This document shows positions 1 through 13,385 of a stretch of DNA of 64,000 nt, one piece after another; position 1 is the stretch's first letter; each line of letters opens with the position of its first letter. The position numbers were made by a program, and so were the translations under genes. This DNA is from Chrysemys picta bellii (lineage: Eukaryota). The DNA lies in NCBI RefSeq assembly GCF_011386835.1, contig NC_088795.1, positions 37,882,001 to 37,946,000 on the forward strand, read 5' to 3'. The notes under the pieces are model-generated. The model was not told where the DNA came from. It saw only the letters and a list, made by a program, of their open reading frames with translations, and did no database searches.

Positions 1-398
1 ATGTGATCTACGTGTCAGTTCTGGAGAGAGATAATTACTCCATGAAGGATTTAACCCCAACTGATTGTAATTGTGGGAATGTCTTGGTGGATGGAGTTTC
101 CAGAATGTTGAAATCTTGGTGAATGGAGAGGTGACTGGAACCAAAGCCAGGGAAAGAGAAAGTCCTCCGGATAATATATGTATGGACTGAAGAAAGGGGT
201 TTTCATTGTTCATTATTACTGTGTAATCTAAGTGTAACTGAATGCTTGCTTTTCCACATGGCAAAGTTTAGTGTGATCTTCCAGTAGCATTGTGTAAAGT
301 GTTCGGTGTGTAGAATGTGTACTTTATTAGTACAAGAGATATGGTTTTATTTATATATTGGAAAGGGATGTAAAGAACTTGAAAAATCATCGTGTGCA

Positions 399-524
399 CA
401 GGGCCGGCTCCAGGTTTTTTGCCGCCGAAGCAAAAAAAAATAAAAAAATAGCTGGAGTGCCACGCCTTGAAAAGTGCCGCTTCCAGGCACATGCTTAGAA
501 CGCTGGTGCCTAGAGCTGGCCGTG
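399..524. mobile_element. hAT-type MITE, CAGGGCCGGCTC terminal repeats
   Basis: TIRs cagggccggctc / gagctggccgtg. Perfect 8-bp TSD cgtgtgca at 391-398 and 525-532. Confidence 0.9.
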
Positions 525-2666
525 CGTGTGCAAACCAGAAAAAACATGACTTTCAGTTGTTCATATTTTTCACATGATACTATGAGAAGATTCTTTTTAG
601 AATAGTACTCAACTTGCACAGTACCGTCAGGCAAAATAGCAAAAAGTGTTTGCTTTTTTTGTCATTGAGGACCTTCTCCAAACCCCAGTGAAGTCAGTGG
701 GAGTCTTTCTGTTGATTTTAGTGGGCTGTGGGTCAGTCTTTGACTGCCCATGCTTTCTAAAAGATTTGTTCCATCCATGTTATGTTACTGCATGACAGAT
801 GTCATGATTTCAAATGTTAGTGGCATACAGTTTTCAAATAGCTGCCAATATGCTCTTCGCACTTGTTTTCTGTTTATTTCCAGTACCATAGAGTACCAGA
901 TCTATTCAGTCACTGCATATGCCAGACAAACAGATTGAAAAAGGAACAAACATTTCCTTCCCAACACACTTTTGCTTTCTCCTTATAAAGCTTAGGTAGA
1001 TTCTACCATAAATAATAAGAAAATATAAACATAATTGCCATGAACAAAATATGAATCTATATGGAAACATGGATACCTCTCCCCTGTCCCTATCAGCTTC
1101 CTCCACTAACCTACTTTACAAAGCTTGTTTTTACAGCACTCTTTGGGACTGGAGCTATTGTAACTGTCACTGCAGATGTCTATCTTGATGTAAAAATATC
1201 ATGTGATTTGCAGCCTAGCTCTAAGACTCTTTGTGTGGGAGAAGCAGGAATAAGCGAGTGCTGAAAAGAGCCAAGTATGTATGTGATGAATAGGGAATGC
1301 TGCTCTTTTCCTCCACTTCAGCCTCCTGGAACAGTCATTGTTCATGTCAGGAGAAAAAATGTGAAAAGAGAGAGAGAGAATAACTAGAATTAGGATCCTA
1401 GCATGTCCATTCTCTATGTAGCTCTCTGTGTGTCTATTGTACAAAGTGCCATTACTTTAGTATCTGCGTGCTTTTATGTGCTTGTAAAATGTGTTATATG
1501 TTATACCATAAACATGAAATAACGACCATGATTCTGCCATAAAGATGCTGAGAAAACACTAACTGCACAAATAGCTCTGTATGTCTGTTTTTCCAAGGAT
1601 GAGAAATCATTTGATAAGGATAACAATCAAAAACTTTTTAAATACATTGATCGGATTTTTTGTTTGTTTTGTTCTTTAAAAAGTAATCAAGTGCACCCAA
1701 AGGGCATGTTCCATTGGGGATGTACCGCACTTGTTTATGAAAGGAACTGTGCAGTCTTTAGAGTTTTTTTAAAGAAGATGTTGATATTTTAATGCATAAG
1801 AAATCTCAAGTTAAAATAAATATAAGTATATACGAACAGCTGATAGTACATTGCAGATGTGGACAAAAAGTCACCACTATTATTATTGCACTATCGAACA
1901 GTGGGGGGGGGCAAGTGAATGGCAATGAAATAATATCTTTCTCTATCTGTCTTCTATGTCAAATCCCAAAAGGGATGAAAATTCGAGTATTACTTTATGA
2001 TACACTGCACCCATAACTTGTAGGGATTGACAAACCATTGGGCATAATAAATAATAAAATGAAAGAAGTTGATGTTTATTAGAGTCGGTTGAATAATTCG
2101 CTGGGATTTGTGTGTGTACGCATGTTTTGCCTTTTTTTATTGTATACTAAACTTTATTTCATTATTTGACCATCTGTAATATAAATAAACTTAAAATGTA
2201 GTAGAAAAATACTGAGCTGAAAATCTTAAAAGGTATTGCAGAGGCTTTTTTGTTACAAACTGAATGGGATGAGGGTTTCTGGAAGCAGATTTGTATGTAA
2301 ACAATTTCTGCTGACTGGATATTATCATGACCTCATGCCCATAAAGCAATCGCTTTGGAGTAAAGAGGACTGTAGACAGGACCCTTCAAGAATGTTTCTG
2401 AGTTGAATTAAAGCAGACAAAGGAATGCAATTTGTTTGGAGGGTGTCTGAACTGATATCAAGGAAACTCTGAAGAGTACAGAGAAGAAAATGCATCACAT
2501 TTCCCTGACCTAAAATAGTTCCTGCACTACCTAGATTGAGCACTCAGATCACTGAATTTACAATAGCTCAGGACAACATGAATACCATTTAAACTGGATA
2601 AGGGGATGGGGGGGGAGGGGGAGTATGCTGATCCACCCTGAATGGATTTTGAAAGCCAGGAACTAA

Positions 2667-3046
2667 AGACATGTCTACACTACAAAATTAAGTCATCCTA
2701 ACTTATATCAGCATACAGCTGCCATAGTAATTACATCACTTGTGCATGTGTGCACTTTGTTCCTGGTGTTGGCGGAGCATGTCCTCATCAGGTGTCCTTG
2801 CACCAACTGAATTGTCAGTGTGGGGAATTGTGGGATGGCTTCCGAAAGCCAGCAACAGTCGACATTGTCTACACTGGCACTGCATCGACCTAAATACGTC
2901 CACACTGACTCTATGCCTCTCGTGGTAGTGGAGTTATGTAGCGGGCGAGTTACATCAGTGGAGCAAAATTTTAGTGTAGACACTTACAGAGTTAGGTCGA
3001 CATAAGCTGCCTTGCATTGACCTAACTCTGTAGTGTAGACCAGGGC
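2667..3046. mobile_element. PIF/Harbinger-type MITE (TGTCTACACT family)
   Basis: TIR cores tgtctacacta / tagtgtagacca, flanked by TAA on both sides. Confidence 0.75.
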
Positions 3047-3112
3047 TAAGTATTTGCAGAAACACTGGTCCAGTGACTCACTCTGGCTAAATGTCAGCGA
3101 TTTAAGACTCTT

Positions 3113-3460
3113 AGGCCAGGTTTACACTATAAACTTGCCATGCGTCTGACGAAAGCTGTATTCACCCACGAAAGCTTATGCTCCAATACGTCTGTTAGTC
3201 TATAAGGTGCCACAGGACTCTGTCGCTTTTTACAGATCCAGACTAACACGGCTACCCCTCTGATACTATAAACTTACATCGGTATAACTACATCACTCAT
3301 GGGTGTGAACCCATGAGTGACACAGTTATACCGACCTAACTCCCAGTGTAGCGAGTGCTATGTCGATGGGAGTGCTTCTCTCATCAACATAGCTACTGCC
3401 TCTCATGGGAGGTGGATTAACTACGCCGATGGGAGATACTGCGCCACTGTAGACCTGCTC
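3113..3460. mobile_element. Harbinger-type MITE interrupted by a Penelope-like fragment
   Basis: Ends ggccaggtttacact / ctgtagacctgctc. Internal insert at 3137-3264. Confidence 0.65.
3137..3264. mobile_element. Penelope-like retroelement terminal fragment (nested insertion)
   Basis: Family motif cccacgaaagcttatgctccaat...gttagtctataaggtgccaca (recalled). Flanked by duplicated actataaactt at 3126-3136 and 3265-3275. Confidence 0.8.
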
Positions 3461-4849
3461 TTAGACTGCCTGCAACCTCACAAAATTAGGAGGAAACTTG
3501 GAGAGCAACAACTGAGACCTGCAGGCTGGACTGACACAGGAGGGGAGTCACTGCCAATTAAAAAGTGTTGGGACCCATGCATATACCCCAAAAAAATAAA
3601 AATGATGGCACTAGGTAGAAAAGTAGTTGAGACATCCTGGAAGTGCTGGTGGTGTTAGTGGAAAGAAGCAAAGAGCAGGAGCTGTAAGCCACCAGAAAAT
3701 ACCTCCCAGTGGAAAAGTTTTGCCAAAAGCCAAAGAACATTTTTTTGTGTAATGGCTTAGGATTTATTAGGTAAAAGGCATATACAGCCCTTTACAATGT
3801 GCTCTTGGGGTTGGTAATCTGAGTTTCCTCTTAGAGAATATCAGAAAGAGTTTTATCATTTATCATCTCTTTACCAGACAAGACTGATCAGTGAAATGTG
3901 GAGAAACTGTAGCTGGAGAGAGAGAGGGCTCAGGAAAAGTGTAGGGAAATTGGCTTCACTTGCTGTTTCTGTCCAGTTGTGTGAGACCCTCTGGAAATTG
4001 ACATTTGTCCCTTTTCTGGAAAGCACTTGAATAAAGGAACTTTAAAATGCCCAAAATGAGGACAAGGTAAAAAATGGTTGCAGACTTTAATGGCGGACAA
4101 ACCAGGTCAGGGATCAGGCAGAGCTAACTGAACTTGGAAACAGAATGAAATCATGGCCGCACTGAAGTCAATGGGAGTTTTGCCATTGACTTCAGGGGGG
4201 TCAGGTTTTCATTCAGGGCATTTCTCTCTCTGGTTGCAGGGTGAAAAGCAAGAAAGCACTTTGAGAAATAATGTATATATCTTAGGAGAAGAAATACTGG
4301 TTTTGTAACAGTGAATTTTCCTGTTTGGTAACATGTCATTACCGTTTAATGTTCACAAATATTTCTGTTTTTATTAAACAAACATATAGAATCATGGAAG
4401 GAAAGACACACAATAGAGGCATTTCTGTGTCCAGGTCTATAACCAGCCCCGCAAAGCATATTCGTAAGTGCATAGATGGCATAGGGATGGGACTGCAAGT
4501 TTACATTAATGACAAAAGTGGGTGTATCAATAAAATAGTGGCACTGAAGCTGCAGCCTTAAGTATGCAAGTTATTCAACTGGGATTACTTGGGTGACGAA
4601 GGTTTGACAAGATCCAGCTCAGTATTTGTATTTTACTCTAGTAATCTTGCATGAGACTTGTGTTAGGGGTGCAAGATCAAGAACTCAAAAGAGAAAATTT
4701 CTAAAGATAAGGCTGTGACTGCAGTGTCACAGTAATTATGTTGGTAAAGAACTGTTTTTCATATTCTAAGGGCTCAGTTCATATTCTGTTTTTTCAAATT
4801 CTAAGTGTTAAGTTGCACATCTTATATATTTTATAATATGCATTAATAA

Positions 4850-5607
4850 TAGGGTTACCATATTTTAAAAATAAAAAAGAGGACACTCCACAGGGCCCCG
4901 GCCCCGCCCCTTTCCCACCCCCGGCCCTTCCCCAAAGTCCCCACCCTAACTCCGCCCCCTCCCCTGAGCGCCCGCATTCCCCCTCCTCCCTCCCAGCCAC
5001 ACAAAAAGGGCTGCCCGAGCGCTACCGGCTTCACGGTTTGCCGGGCAGCCCCTAGACCCTGTGCCCCTGGCTGGCGCTTCCCCAGTGCAGCTGGAGCCCC
5101 GGAGGGGAAGCGCCGAGCTGGGGGCGCAGGGTCTGGAGGCTGCCCAGCAAACCATGAAGCAGATAGCGCTCAGGCTTCGGGCAGCCCCCATGCCTCCGGA
5201 CCCTGTGCCCCCGGCTAAGCACTTCCCCTCCCGCGCTCCAGCGGCTGCTGTGCTCCCTGAACTCCTGGGCTCTGTAAGAGCTGAGCTGCCCGAGCACTAC
5301 CGGCTTCGGGCAGCCCCCATGCCTCTGGACCCTGCGCCCCGGAGCCCGGGAGGGGAAGTGTCCGGCTGGTGGACCGGGACCGGGTCCGGAGGCATGGGGG
5401 CTGCCCGAAGCCGGTAGCACTCGGGCAGCTCGGCTCTTACAGAGCCCAGGAGTCAGGGAGCACAGCAGCCCCCGGCGCCCGCTCTAAGGTAAGCCAGGGA
5501 GTATTTTTCCCGGGCATGTTCGGCTTTTTGGAAATTCCCCCCGGACGGGGGTTTGATTACCAAAAAGCTGGACATGTCCGGGAAAAAACGGACATATGGT
5601 AACCCTA
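4850..5607. mobile_element. hAT non-autonomous element, TAGGGTTACCATA TIRs, GC-rich interior with internal repeats
   Basis: 13-bp perfect TIRs and perfect 8-bp TSD attaataa (4842-4849 and 5608-5615). Explains the ORFs at 4794-5602. Confidence 0.92.
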
Positions 5608-7049
5608 ATTAATAACAGAGTAATAGAAAATACTACATTTGTGCAGTGTGGCTCTGTTAATGTTTAGTAAACATTCATAACTGATTTGCATGCTTCATTT
5701 TGTAACCTTAATGGTTAACACTAGTTGTTTGGATTTAATTTCCTACTTTTTAAATAAAAATACTAAAGAGATAATGGGAAAGGATTATATGTATTTAAAA
5801 AAAAAAAAGAAAATCTAGGGGAAAGCTATTGCAATTTATAAACTTTGCAACCAGAGTGTGTAAATTCCGGTTCTGCATTTCTTCAGCCCATGTACCTTCT
5901 GATTATTATTTTTACATAATATTTATATGACAGTAGTGCCCAGAGGCCCCTGTGAAGGTTAAGGCCCCATAGTGCTATGCAAACAGATTTAAGGACACAG
6001 TCCCTTCACTGAACAGTTTAGTATCTAAGAACACAATGTATCTGTTCTATTATCTGCAACCCATGCACAGCACTTCTAATTTTCAGCACCAGCCTGTGCT
6101 GAAAGGGAGGGTTGCAGTCCAGGAAAGTAGGACAGCAATACCCCTGATTATGTTCCTTAGCTAGAAGCCTATGTAAGCCTTAAACAAATGGTAGTAAGGT
6201 AAATCTGAATTCAGAAACCAGGATTCAGGCTCACCTGGTTCAGGGTCACCTGGACCTCTCCTGGGCTGGCACAGGTAAGAGCAGCCCCTTAGAGCTATTC
6301 CTAAAAGAATAAGATTTTTCATTATTATTTGGCATCTTAGGGGACCAACCAAGTTTCCAGTGAAATCAGTGGGAGCCTTTTCACTGCATTAAGTAGTAGT
6401 TGGATCAGGCCGTAAACAGAATAAAAGACAAAGCAGCCATATAATGAGTTAGATGCTGTACAGAATTTTAGAAAGACAGTCCCTGTGCTGAATTGCTTAA
6501 AGCCCAAGTAGACAAGACAAATGTTAATTTTTGTTTGTATCTAACACCACTTGTATTATCTGTCTTGTCTCGTTGGACTTACCTTTGGTTTACCTTGTAA
6601 CAAACACCATAGCTGTTCACTGCTGTTCACATATTGGAAGTCATGCATCCTGTCCAATAGGAACCAGCTGTCTAATTCAACCTAGCATAGATACTGCTGT
6701 CTAAGCTACTGTTAATGTTTCTTTCATTTATTTTGAAGCTCCTTAATTACAGAAGATAAACTTTTCAGGATTTCTCTCAAGGATATGACTTCCCGTTGCT
6801 GGAAGAGAAAAATAATTGAGCAATAGTGCCAGCTATGGTGTTTGTTATCTTTGTTACAAGGGAAGCTTGCCATGTTTGGAATTCTGTTGCTTGAGATCAG
6901 TTAAAGTAAACACTCCGTGCCAGTGTCCGTGTCACACACCGTCCTCTTCTGCTTGTGTAATGACATTGGATTGAAGGGGACAAGCACAAGGTTGCCTAGT
7001 TGTAACATCTAAATCAAAGACTATGGAGATATGGTTGACACTGTATAAG

Positions 7050-7649
7050 TAGGGCCCTACCAAATTAACGGCAATGAAAAACATGTCATGGACTATGAAA
7101 TCTGGTGTTTTGTGTGCTTTTACCCTATACTATATAGATTTCACAGGGGAGACCAGCGTTTCTCAGACCTGGGCAGCCGGAGACTGGCAGCTGTTGGCTG
7201 GGTGACTCGTTCTGAAGGCAGTGCCCTACCAGCAGCAGCCGCGCAGAAGTAAGGGTGGCAATACCATACCATGCCACCCTTACTTCTGCGCTGCTGCCTG
7301 GGTGGCCAGGGAGTGGTGGCTGCTGACAAAGGGTTCAGCTCTGAAGGCAGCAGTGCAGAAGGGTGGCAATACCATACCATCCTTACCTCTGTGCTGCTGC
7401 TGGCAGCAGCTCTGCCTTCAGAGCTGGGCTACCAGCCAGCAGTGCAGAAGTAAGGGTAGCAGTACCGCAACCCTCCCTCCCCCGACAATAACCTCGTGAC
7501 CTCCCCACAACTCCTTTTTGGGTCAGGACCCCTACAATTACAACATTGTGAAATTTTAATTTAAACATCTGAAATTATGAAATTTACAATTTTTAAAATC
7601 CAATGACCATGAAATTGACCAAAATGAGCCGTGAATTTCGTAGGTAATA
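7050..7649. mobile_element. hAT non-autonomous element, TAGGGCCCTACCAAATT family
   Basis: Left end tagggccctaccaaattaacgg, degenerate right end ccgtgaatttcgtagg. TSD tgtataag / agtataag (7 of 8). Internal duplicated gggtggcaataccatacc motif. Confidence 0.8.
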
Positions 7650-7729
7650 AGTATAAGCAATGCAAAGTTCCTGTGGTCTCTCTCTTTCTCTCTAGTTCTG
7701 AGCATAATACTTTGCATTTCTCTAGTGCC

Positions 7730-7915
7730 TTTCATGAGATCTCAAAGTGCTTTTCAGATGTTAATTAATTAATTAATAAAACCTCAAAACATCTTTGTAA
7801 AGTTGGTATTTTTATGTCCATTTTCTCTATGGTGAAACTGAGGCGTAAAGAGTTTAAATTAGCAGCTAAGGTAAAAATGGAACTGAGAGCCTCTGACTTG
7901 CTGTCTTGTACTTTG
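7730..7915 (+). mobile_element. MIR/CORE-SINE remnant
   Basis: gagatctcaaagtgctt...ccattttctctatggtgaaactgaggc resembles the MIR core. Confidence 0.6.
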
Positions 7916-8059
7916 GATACTTAGAAAAATCCCAATTATAAGAATACATATATACTAATAGAGTTATATCACTGGCCTCCTGATCAGAAAAAGGCCAACT
8001 GAGTGCTTTAAGGGAAAATTAAGTAGGCCCAAACTTTGACCAGGATAACTTTAATTAAA

Positions 8060-8437
8060 ATAACTGTGTACAAGGGGCAGGAGGAAAGAGAGAATGAAAA
8101 ATGTCAGTCTTGTGAAATGTAACTGTAATCGCTAGAAGCCTTAACCGCAAAAGTACAACCTGTGAATAACAGGAAAAGTTTGCTAGAGAAACACCTGTGA
8201 ATAACAGGAAATCTTATTGCTTTTGTATTCCTAATAAGGGGCTGGTTTTCTGTTTAAAAGGATGTTACAAATGAAAAGTGTGTTTGACTAGATGTGGTTT
8301 TAAGCTATATACGTTTTTGTGTTCCTTTGTTAGACAGACCAGCTAGGCTGGCTGTGTCTCCCTGCATGCTTGTAATAAAGTGGGCCTCAGGCTGTTCTGA
8401 TCCAAACACAATGTGTGGTTAATTTTTCCACCACAGT
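8060..8437 (+). mobile_element. Probable solo ERV-type LTR; left boundary uncertain
   Basis: 18-bp direct repeat cctgtgaataacaggaaa x2, then TATA-like tatata, then AATAAA, ending ...ttccaccaca. No TSD found. Confidence 0.45.
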
Positions 8438-9341
8438 GCACAATCTCAAGGGAAGTCAAAGAGACCTCTAAGTCTTTTAAAACAATAACAATGGATGTCT
8501 TCAACTAACAATATATCAACTAGTCATATATCATAATTGGACAGGTTTAAAGATGCACCTTACACAACACCTCACATTACTGTTTCTGGAACAGCTTGTT
8601 CTAGAACACACAAGAAGGAGAGGCTATTCTCAATTATGCCCTAAACAACACACAGGAAATGGTTAAATTGAGCCATTATATAAAAATTACCACAATTTAA
8701 TTATGTTCAACATTTTCAAGGGAAGAATTATACCAAAAATTAGCTTTGCAACACTAAAGATTAAAAAGGAGGGCTTCCAAAAATGAGGAAAGTAGTCAAA
8801 AAGATCAAAGTATAGAAATTAAAAGTCTTACACTCAGCAAAGGATACAGTAACAGTCACAGAAGGAATGCAAACCCCCAAACAAAAAAGAATCAGGAAGG
8901 CAAGGGAAAAAATATGGTTAAGTGGCAAGATGTGACTCAAACAGGCATTCTTCAGAAAATGGAAATCCTTTTTGCATTGTGTAGCAGGAGGCAGTTCACT
9001 GGCCACTGGTACACGTGCTGTATTTTATTGGATGTTAGTTTTTGTGGTGTTATGTCCTAATATGTTAGTAAATTATATTTATACTGTTTGGGCTGCTGTT
9101 GACAGAAAAAGCTGCACAGTGTTAACAGTCCATTTAATTTTCCTTTTACTCAATTCTCATGCCCATTTCCTATTGCTGTGTGGGAATTGTAATTGTGGGC
9201 CTTATAATAAGTCTTATGAAAATAGCAATGAATCACGGTTCCAAGAAATTAAATAGCATTCCGAAGACTAGGATATCTATAAGGCATCGGTATCAGTTTA
9301 TAGCACTGCCTGACATCAGTTAGGATCTAAATAGAATTTGA

Positions 9342-9523
9342 CAGGTTTCAGAGTAGCAGCCGTGTTAGTCTGTATCCGCAAAAAGAAGAACAGGAGTACT
9401 TGTGGCACCTTAGAGACTAACAAATTTATGCATCCGAAGAAGTGGGCTGTAGTCCACGAAAGCTTATGCTCTAATAAATTTGTTAGTCTCTAAGGTGCCA
9501 CAAGTACTCCTGTTCTTCTTTTT
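9342..9523. mobile_element. Penelope-like fragment with inverted pseudo-LTR
   Basis: 50-bp perfect inverted arms at 9380-9429 and 9474-9523. 12-bp TSD aatagaatttga at 9330-9341 and 9524-9535. Confidence 0.9.
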
Positions 9524-12060
9524 AATAGAATTTGAGTTTGTGTTTCCAAAAGCAAAAGGCAAGTCTATTTAGCACACTGGCCTCCTGGTCTTATCTACCT
9601 TTTCGTGATATCCTGATGACATTGTTCTGGTGTTTGTTTTGGATTTCTGTTTAGCTAGCAACTCTTCTTTTTCTGATCTACAGAGATATTTTTACTCTGA
9701 CTCTGCAGGGCTTTGCTATCACAGTATTCTTGGGAAGTTTTAGCTGCTGGCTTGGGGTTATATAAACTTTATTTCAACAAAGTCAACGGAGGGGTTCAAA
9801 TTTTGCTGTCTCTTTTTTTTGTAGTTTAACTGTTACAATAAATAGGCAGATGACCTGTAATGGAAGAAAAAAGACTCTTACTGTGGAATTCCAGTGAAAA
9901 CTAATACTGTACATTTCAATTGATTATTTTACACCCTGCATCAAAACCCGGGATCAATCAATAAGGAGTTTTCCTGTGCTTCCTTCCTTTTGTTTATACA
10001 AACACCAGCTTGACCTTATTATAAGTTTTCTGCTGACTATAACAAGAACAGGATAAATTATTTAATATCACTTTTGTGTTCTGGAAGGGAATGTGTCCAA
10101 TTCTGAACTCTGGAAGACTTTCTGCACAAAATTCCATCCAAAAAAATCTGTTTCTGTGACACCACACACCAGTTGTATTTTAAAATTACTTTTTTAATAT
10201 TAATTACCTGAAGCTGCTAACAGGCTTTTGCCTATTGTATTAAAAACTAAGAGTGCAATCCTGACTCTATTGAAGCCAATGGCAAACCTCACATTGAATT
10301 CAGTAGAGCCATGGTTTCACCTTACTTGTTGGTGAAAATAAACATTCATACTGTTGCTGTTTTTCTTATGATTATATCCTTTCCAATAAGTGACTGATGA
10401 ATCCTGGAACCATTCTGATATCCATTATGATGAATTGTTTGGGGAACATTCTATTGCAGGCTCTTCTTTAATATCAGTAGTATTTCCTGTCACATGCTTC
10501 TATAGTAATATATTATATTTGAAAAGTAGCAGTTAACATTTCATGTAGTATCCAATAAACTTATTAGCCACTGAAATACTACCTTTCATAAAAGGTTTGA
10601 TGCTGCTTTGCAAATATAACCATTGAAAGTTCCAGTCAGTGCCATAAAGTTCTGCTGATTGTGGAAGTACTGTCACCTTTGCCTCCTTACACAGTAGATT
10701 ACAGATGGACTGCTACTTGCAATGCATTTGGAAAGGGAAAATGACCTTGTCTTAATAAAAATTAGCATGTGTTGTATTGTTCATTCTCTCTCTCTCTTTC
10801 TCTCCCTCTCTCTCCCCTCCCCCCCTCTAATTGCCTCTCGTTATCAGCAAATTGAGTTTATTTGATACAACTAGTGGAGACTGGCTTCTCCACTGACTGA
10901 GAATGTGACAGTGTTGTTACCTAAAACATTTTCAAAATGTAAATCCCTCTCCTCTGTTGGCAGGTGAATGTCCCACAGTAAAACAGGCATGTCTAATGCC
11001 TAGTGGGCACAGATTACCTCACTGGTTTATGAGCTACTGCTATGCCTAGGGGAGGGCTGATTTAACTTGGGTTCATTAGTGGAGGTACTGAATCATTCCC
11101 TCAGGCAACTGGTCCATGCCCTCTTCCCTGCCAGTGCCACCTGCTTTTGGTGATGGGCAGATCATCTGTGCATCCCTTGGTGGAGAGGTGACTTTCCATT
11201 ATTGGAAGCCCTGTGCCCTGAAATTCTGAAGGGCAGAATCTGACTTAACCTGGAGATGAATGGGTGCTTGTGGAGTACAGTAATTACAAGGCTTTAATTA
11301 TGCTATGTACTGGAGAAGGCATCCCAGTCTGTGCTACTGTTCTTTCAGTAGATAGTGTTAGGATGATTGATTTTTTTTTTAATCTGACAGCATATTTCCT
11401 CATGTAATGCATTGCAGATTCACAACTTTTATTAGCTTACACTGCAGGATGAATCTGAAAACCCCTTACATTCCTAAGCGATAAAAGTATGTGCACTTTC
11501 ACCTCTTCCACTGTTACATTGCTTGTTAGAGGTGTATATAGTTTTTGAATGAAGGGGTTCTGCAGAAATGCCATTGCAAGCGGCTTGCTGCTTAGAGAAC
11601 AGTTAGAGGAACTAAACAAACAGTGGTAAAACATATGAGTACAGTGTAAGAAAACTGACTATTTGCATATTGTATATCTTGTATCATATATGTACTTTAG
11701 TGACAGAACTGAAGAAAATTGCCTTTGGTATATTTGTATATTTTAATATAGTCTTCATAGTGAAATTCTGATTTAACTGAAGTCCATGGGGGGGTTTGCC
11801 TTTGACTTCAATGGTGTCAAGATTTCAGCTTTGGTTTTTAACTTGTGTAGAAGGTTTTGATTGTTTGTTCTGGGGCAGTGTTATTTTATAATATTGTTAT
11901 TTTATGTCTTTGGAATGCTGCGCATGGCTATCTAAATAAACTAAAGAGGCGTTCAGTGAAGTTCAAAGGTAAAGAAGTATCTAAGCCTAGGATCTGGCTA
12001 TTCCTAGTGATTGCGAAAAATAAAATAGCTTGTGAAGTGAACATTTTGTTGTTCAGCACT

Positions 12061-12631
12061 CAGGGCCGGCTCTAGGATTTTTGCCGCCCCAAGCAAAAAC
12101 AATTTCGGCCGCCCCTCCCACCCCTGTTTTTTTCTTACCCCACCCCCGGCCCCGCCTCAACTCCACCCCTTCCCCAAATCCCCAGCCCTGCCTCCTCCCC
12201 CCAGGCTCTCAAGCCTAGGAGGGAGGGAGGGAGAGGGAGAAGCAGCGCATGTGCCACGGCCACTCAGGGTCTCCCCCTCCCTCCCAGGCTCTCAAACCCA
12301 GGAGGGAGGGGGAGATCCCGAGCAGCCGCGGCGCACGAATCAGCTGTTTCGCGCGCCGCAGCCGCTCGGGGTCTCCCCCTCCCTCCCAGGCTCTCAAACC
12401 CGGGAGGGAGGGGGAGATCCCTAGTGGCCGCGGCGCGCGAATCAGCTGTTTCCCAGATTTGAGAGCCTGGGAGGGAGGGCGAGCAGCGGCGCGTGAGCGG
12501 CAGCAGCGGAGGTGAGTTAGGGCGGCCGGGGCACATTTTTGGGGGCGGCATGGCCCGCGCCAGAATGCTGCCCCTAAAAATGTGCCACCCCAAGCACCAG
12601 CTTGTTTTGCTGGTGCCTAGAGCTGGCCCTG
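12061..12631. mobile_element. hAT-type MITE, CAGGGCCGGCTC family, with an internal tandem duplication of about 100 bp
   Basis: TIRs cagggccggctctagg / cctagagctggccctg. Perfect TSD tcagcact. Confidence 0.92.
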
Positions 12632-13242
12632 TCAGCACTGTTAACTCCAGTTTTATAAGAAGAAATTATCTGTTTCTCCAAATCCCTAGGTCTCTACTCT
12701 TTTGTACTTATAACAACCTAAGAAAACATCATTGCCCTTTAAAAAAAATCCTCTATTTAAAGTTCCTTCCCTTCTTTGATTAAGGCCAAACCTCAGATTC
12801 TGGAGTTTAGTTCAGAGCTTTATTCATATGTTGCATATACCTTGCTATTGTGCATTTGCAGACACATGAGCTGATTTTTCAAAATACACAGCTATGTGTA
12901 CCTGTCTATCTGAGATCAGATGCAAATCTGCTTCTATATGTAAACAATATTTGTTACCTTAACAAATTAGGAAAGAATCTCTTGACCCGTTATATTGGCT
13001 GTTAATATAAAGGCTTTAATTAAACCCAAAACTAGGAATAAATTTAATATTAATAACTTTCAAAATATCAGTTATGTAGTCTGAATCTCTTGGTTATTAT
13101 ACTACCTAATTTCCAAAATTCAAATGCCTCGTGAAGCACTGCTAAGCTGTGCAGTGACAGACAGACAAATTTCCAGTATGCAATGGTAATTTTATTCTGA
13201 TGCTTGTTTTACGATGCTCCGTGCAAATGTTTGTTTCCACAG

Positions 13243-13385
13243 GATCTTCAAACATGGGTGAATGGTGCTAATGAAAATGGCTTTGTCCTTGTCTCATTTG
13301 GAGCTGGAGTGAAATATTTGTCAGAAGACATAGCAAATAAATTAGCATATGCCCTGGCAAGACTTCCTCAGAGGGTTATCTGGAG
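13243..13385 (+). CDS. UGT8: UGT8 (UDP-galactose:ceramide galactosyltransferase) internal coding exon, 143 nt
   Basis: Acceptor tttccacag| and donor |gtaag. Encodes DLQTWVNGANENGFVLVSFGAGVKYLSEDIANKLAYALARLPQRVIW(R), which matches UGT8 as I recall it. Phase 0 to 2, compatible with the next exon. Confidence 0.97.

Noticed and set aside
4794-5602. Cluster of 68-122 aa GC-rich ORFs
   Set aside because: They fall almost entirely inside the TAGGGTTACC hAT element.
1-13242. Search for the large first coding exon of UGT8
   Set aside because: No ORF of suitable length or sequence, so it must lie upstream of the window.
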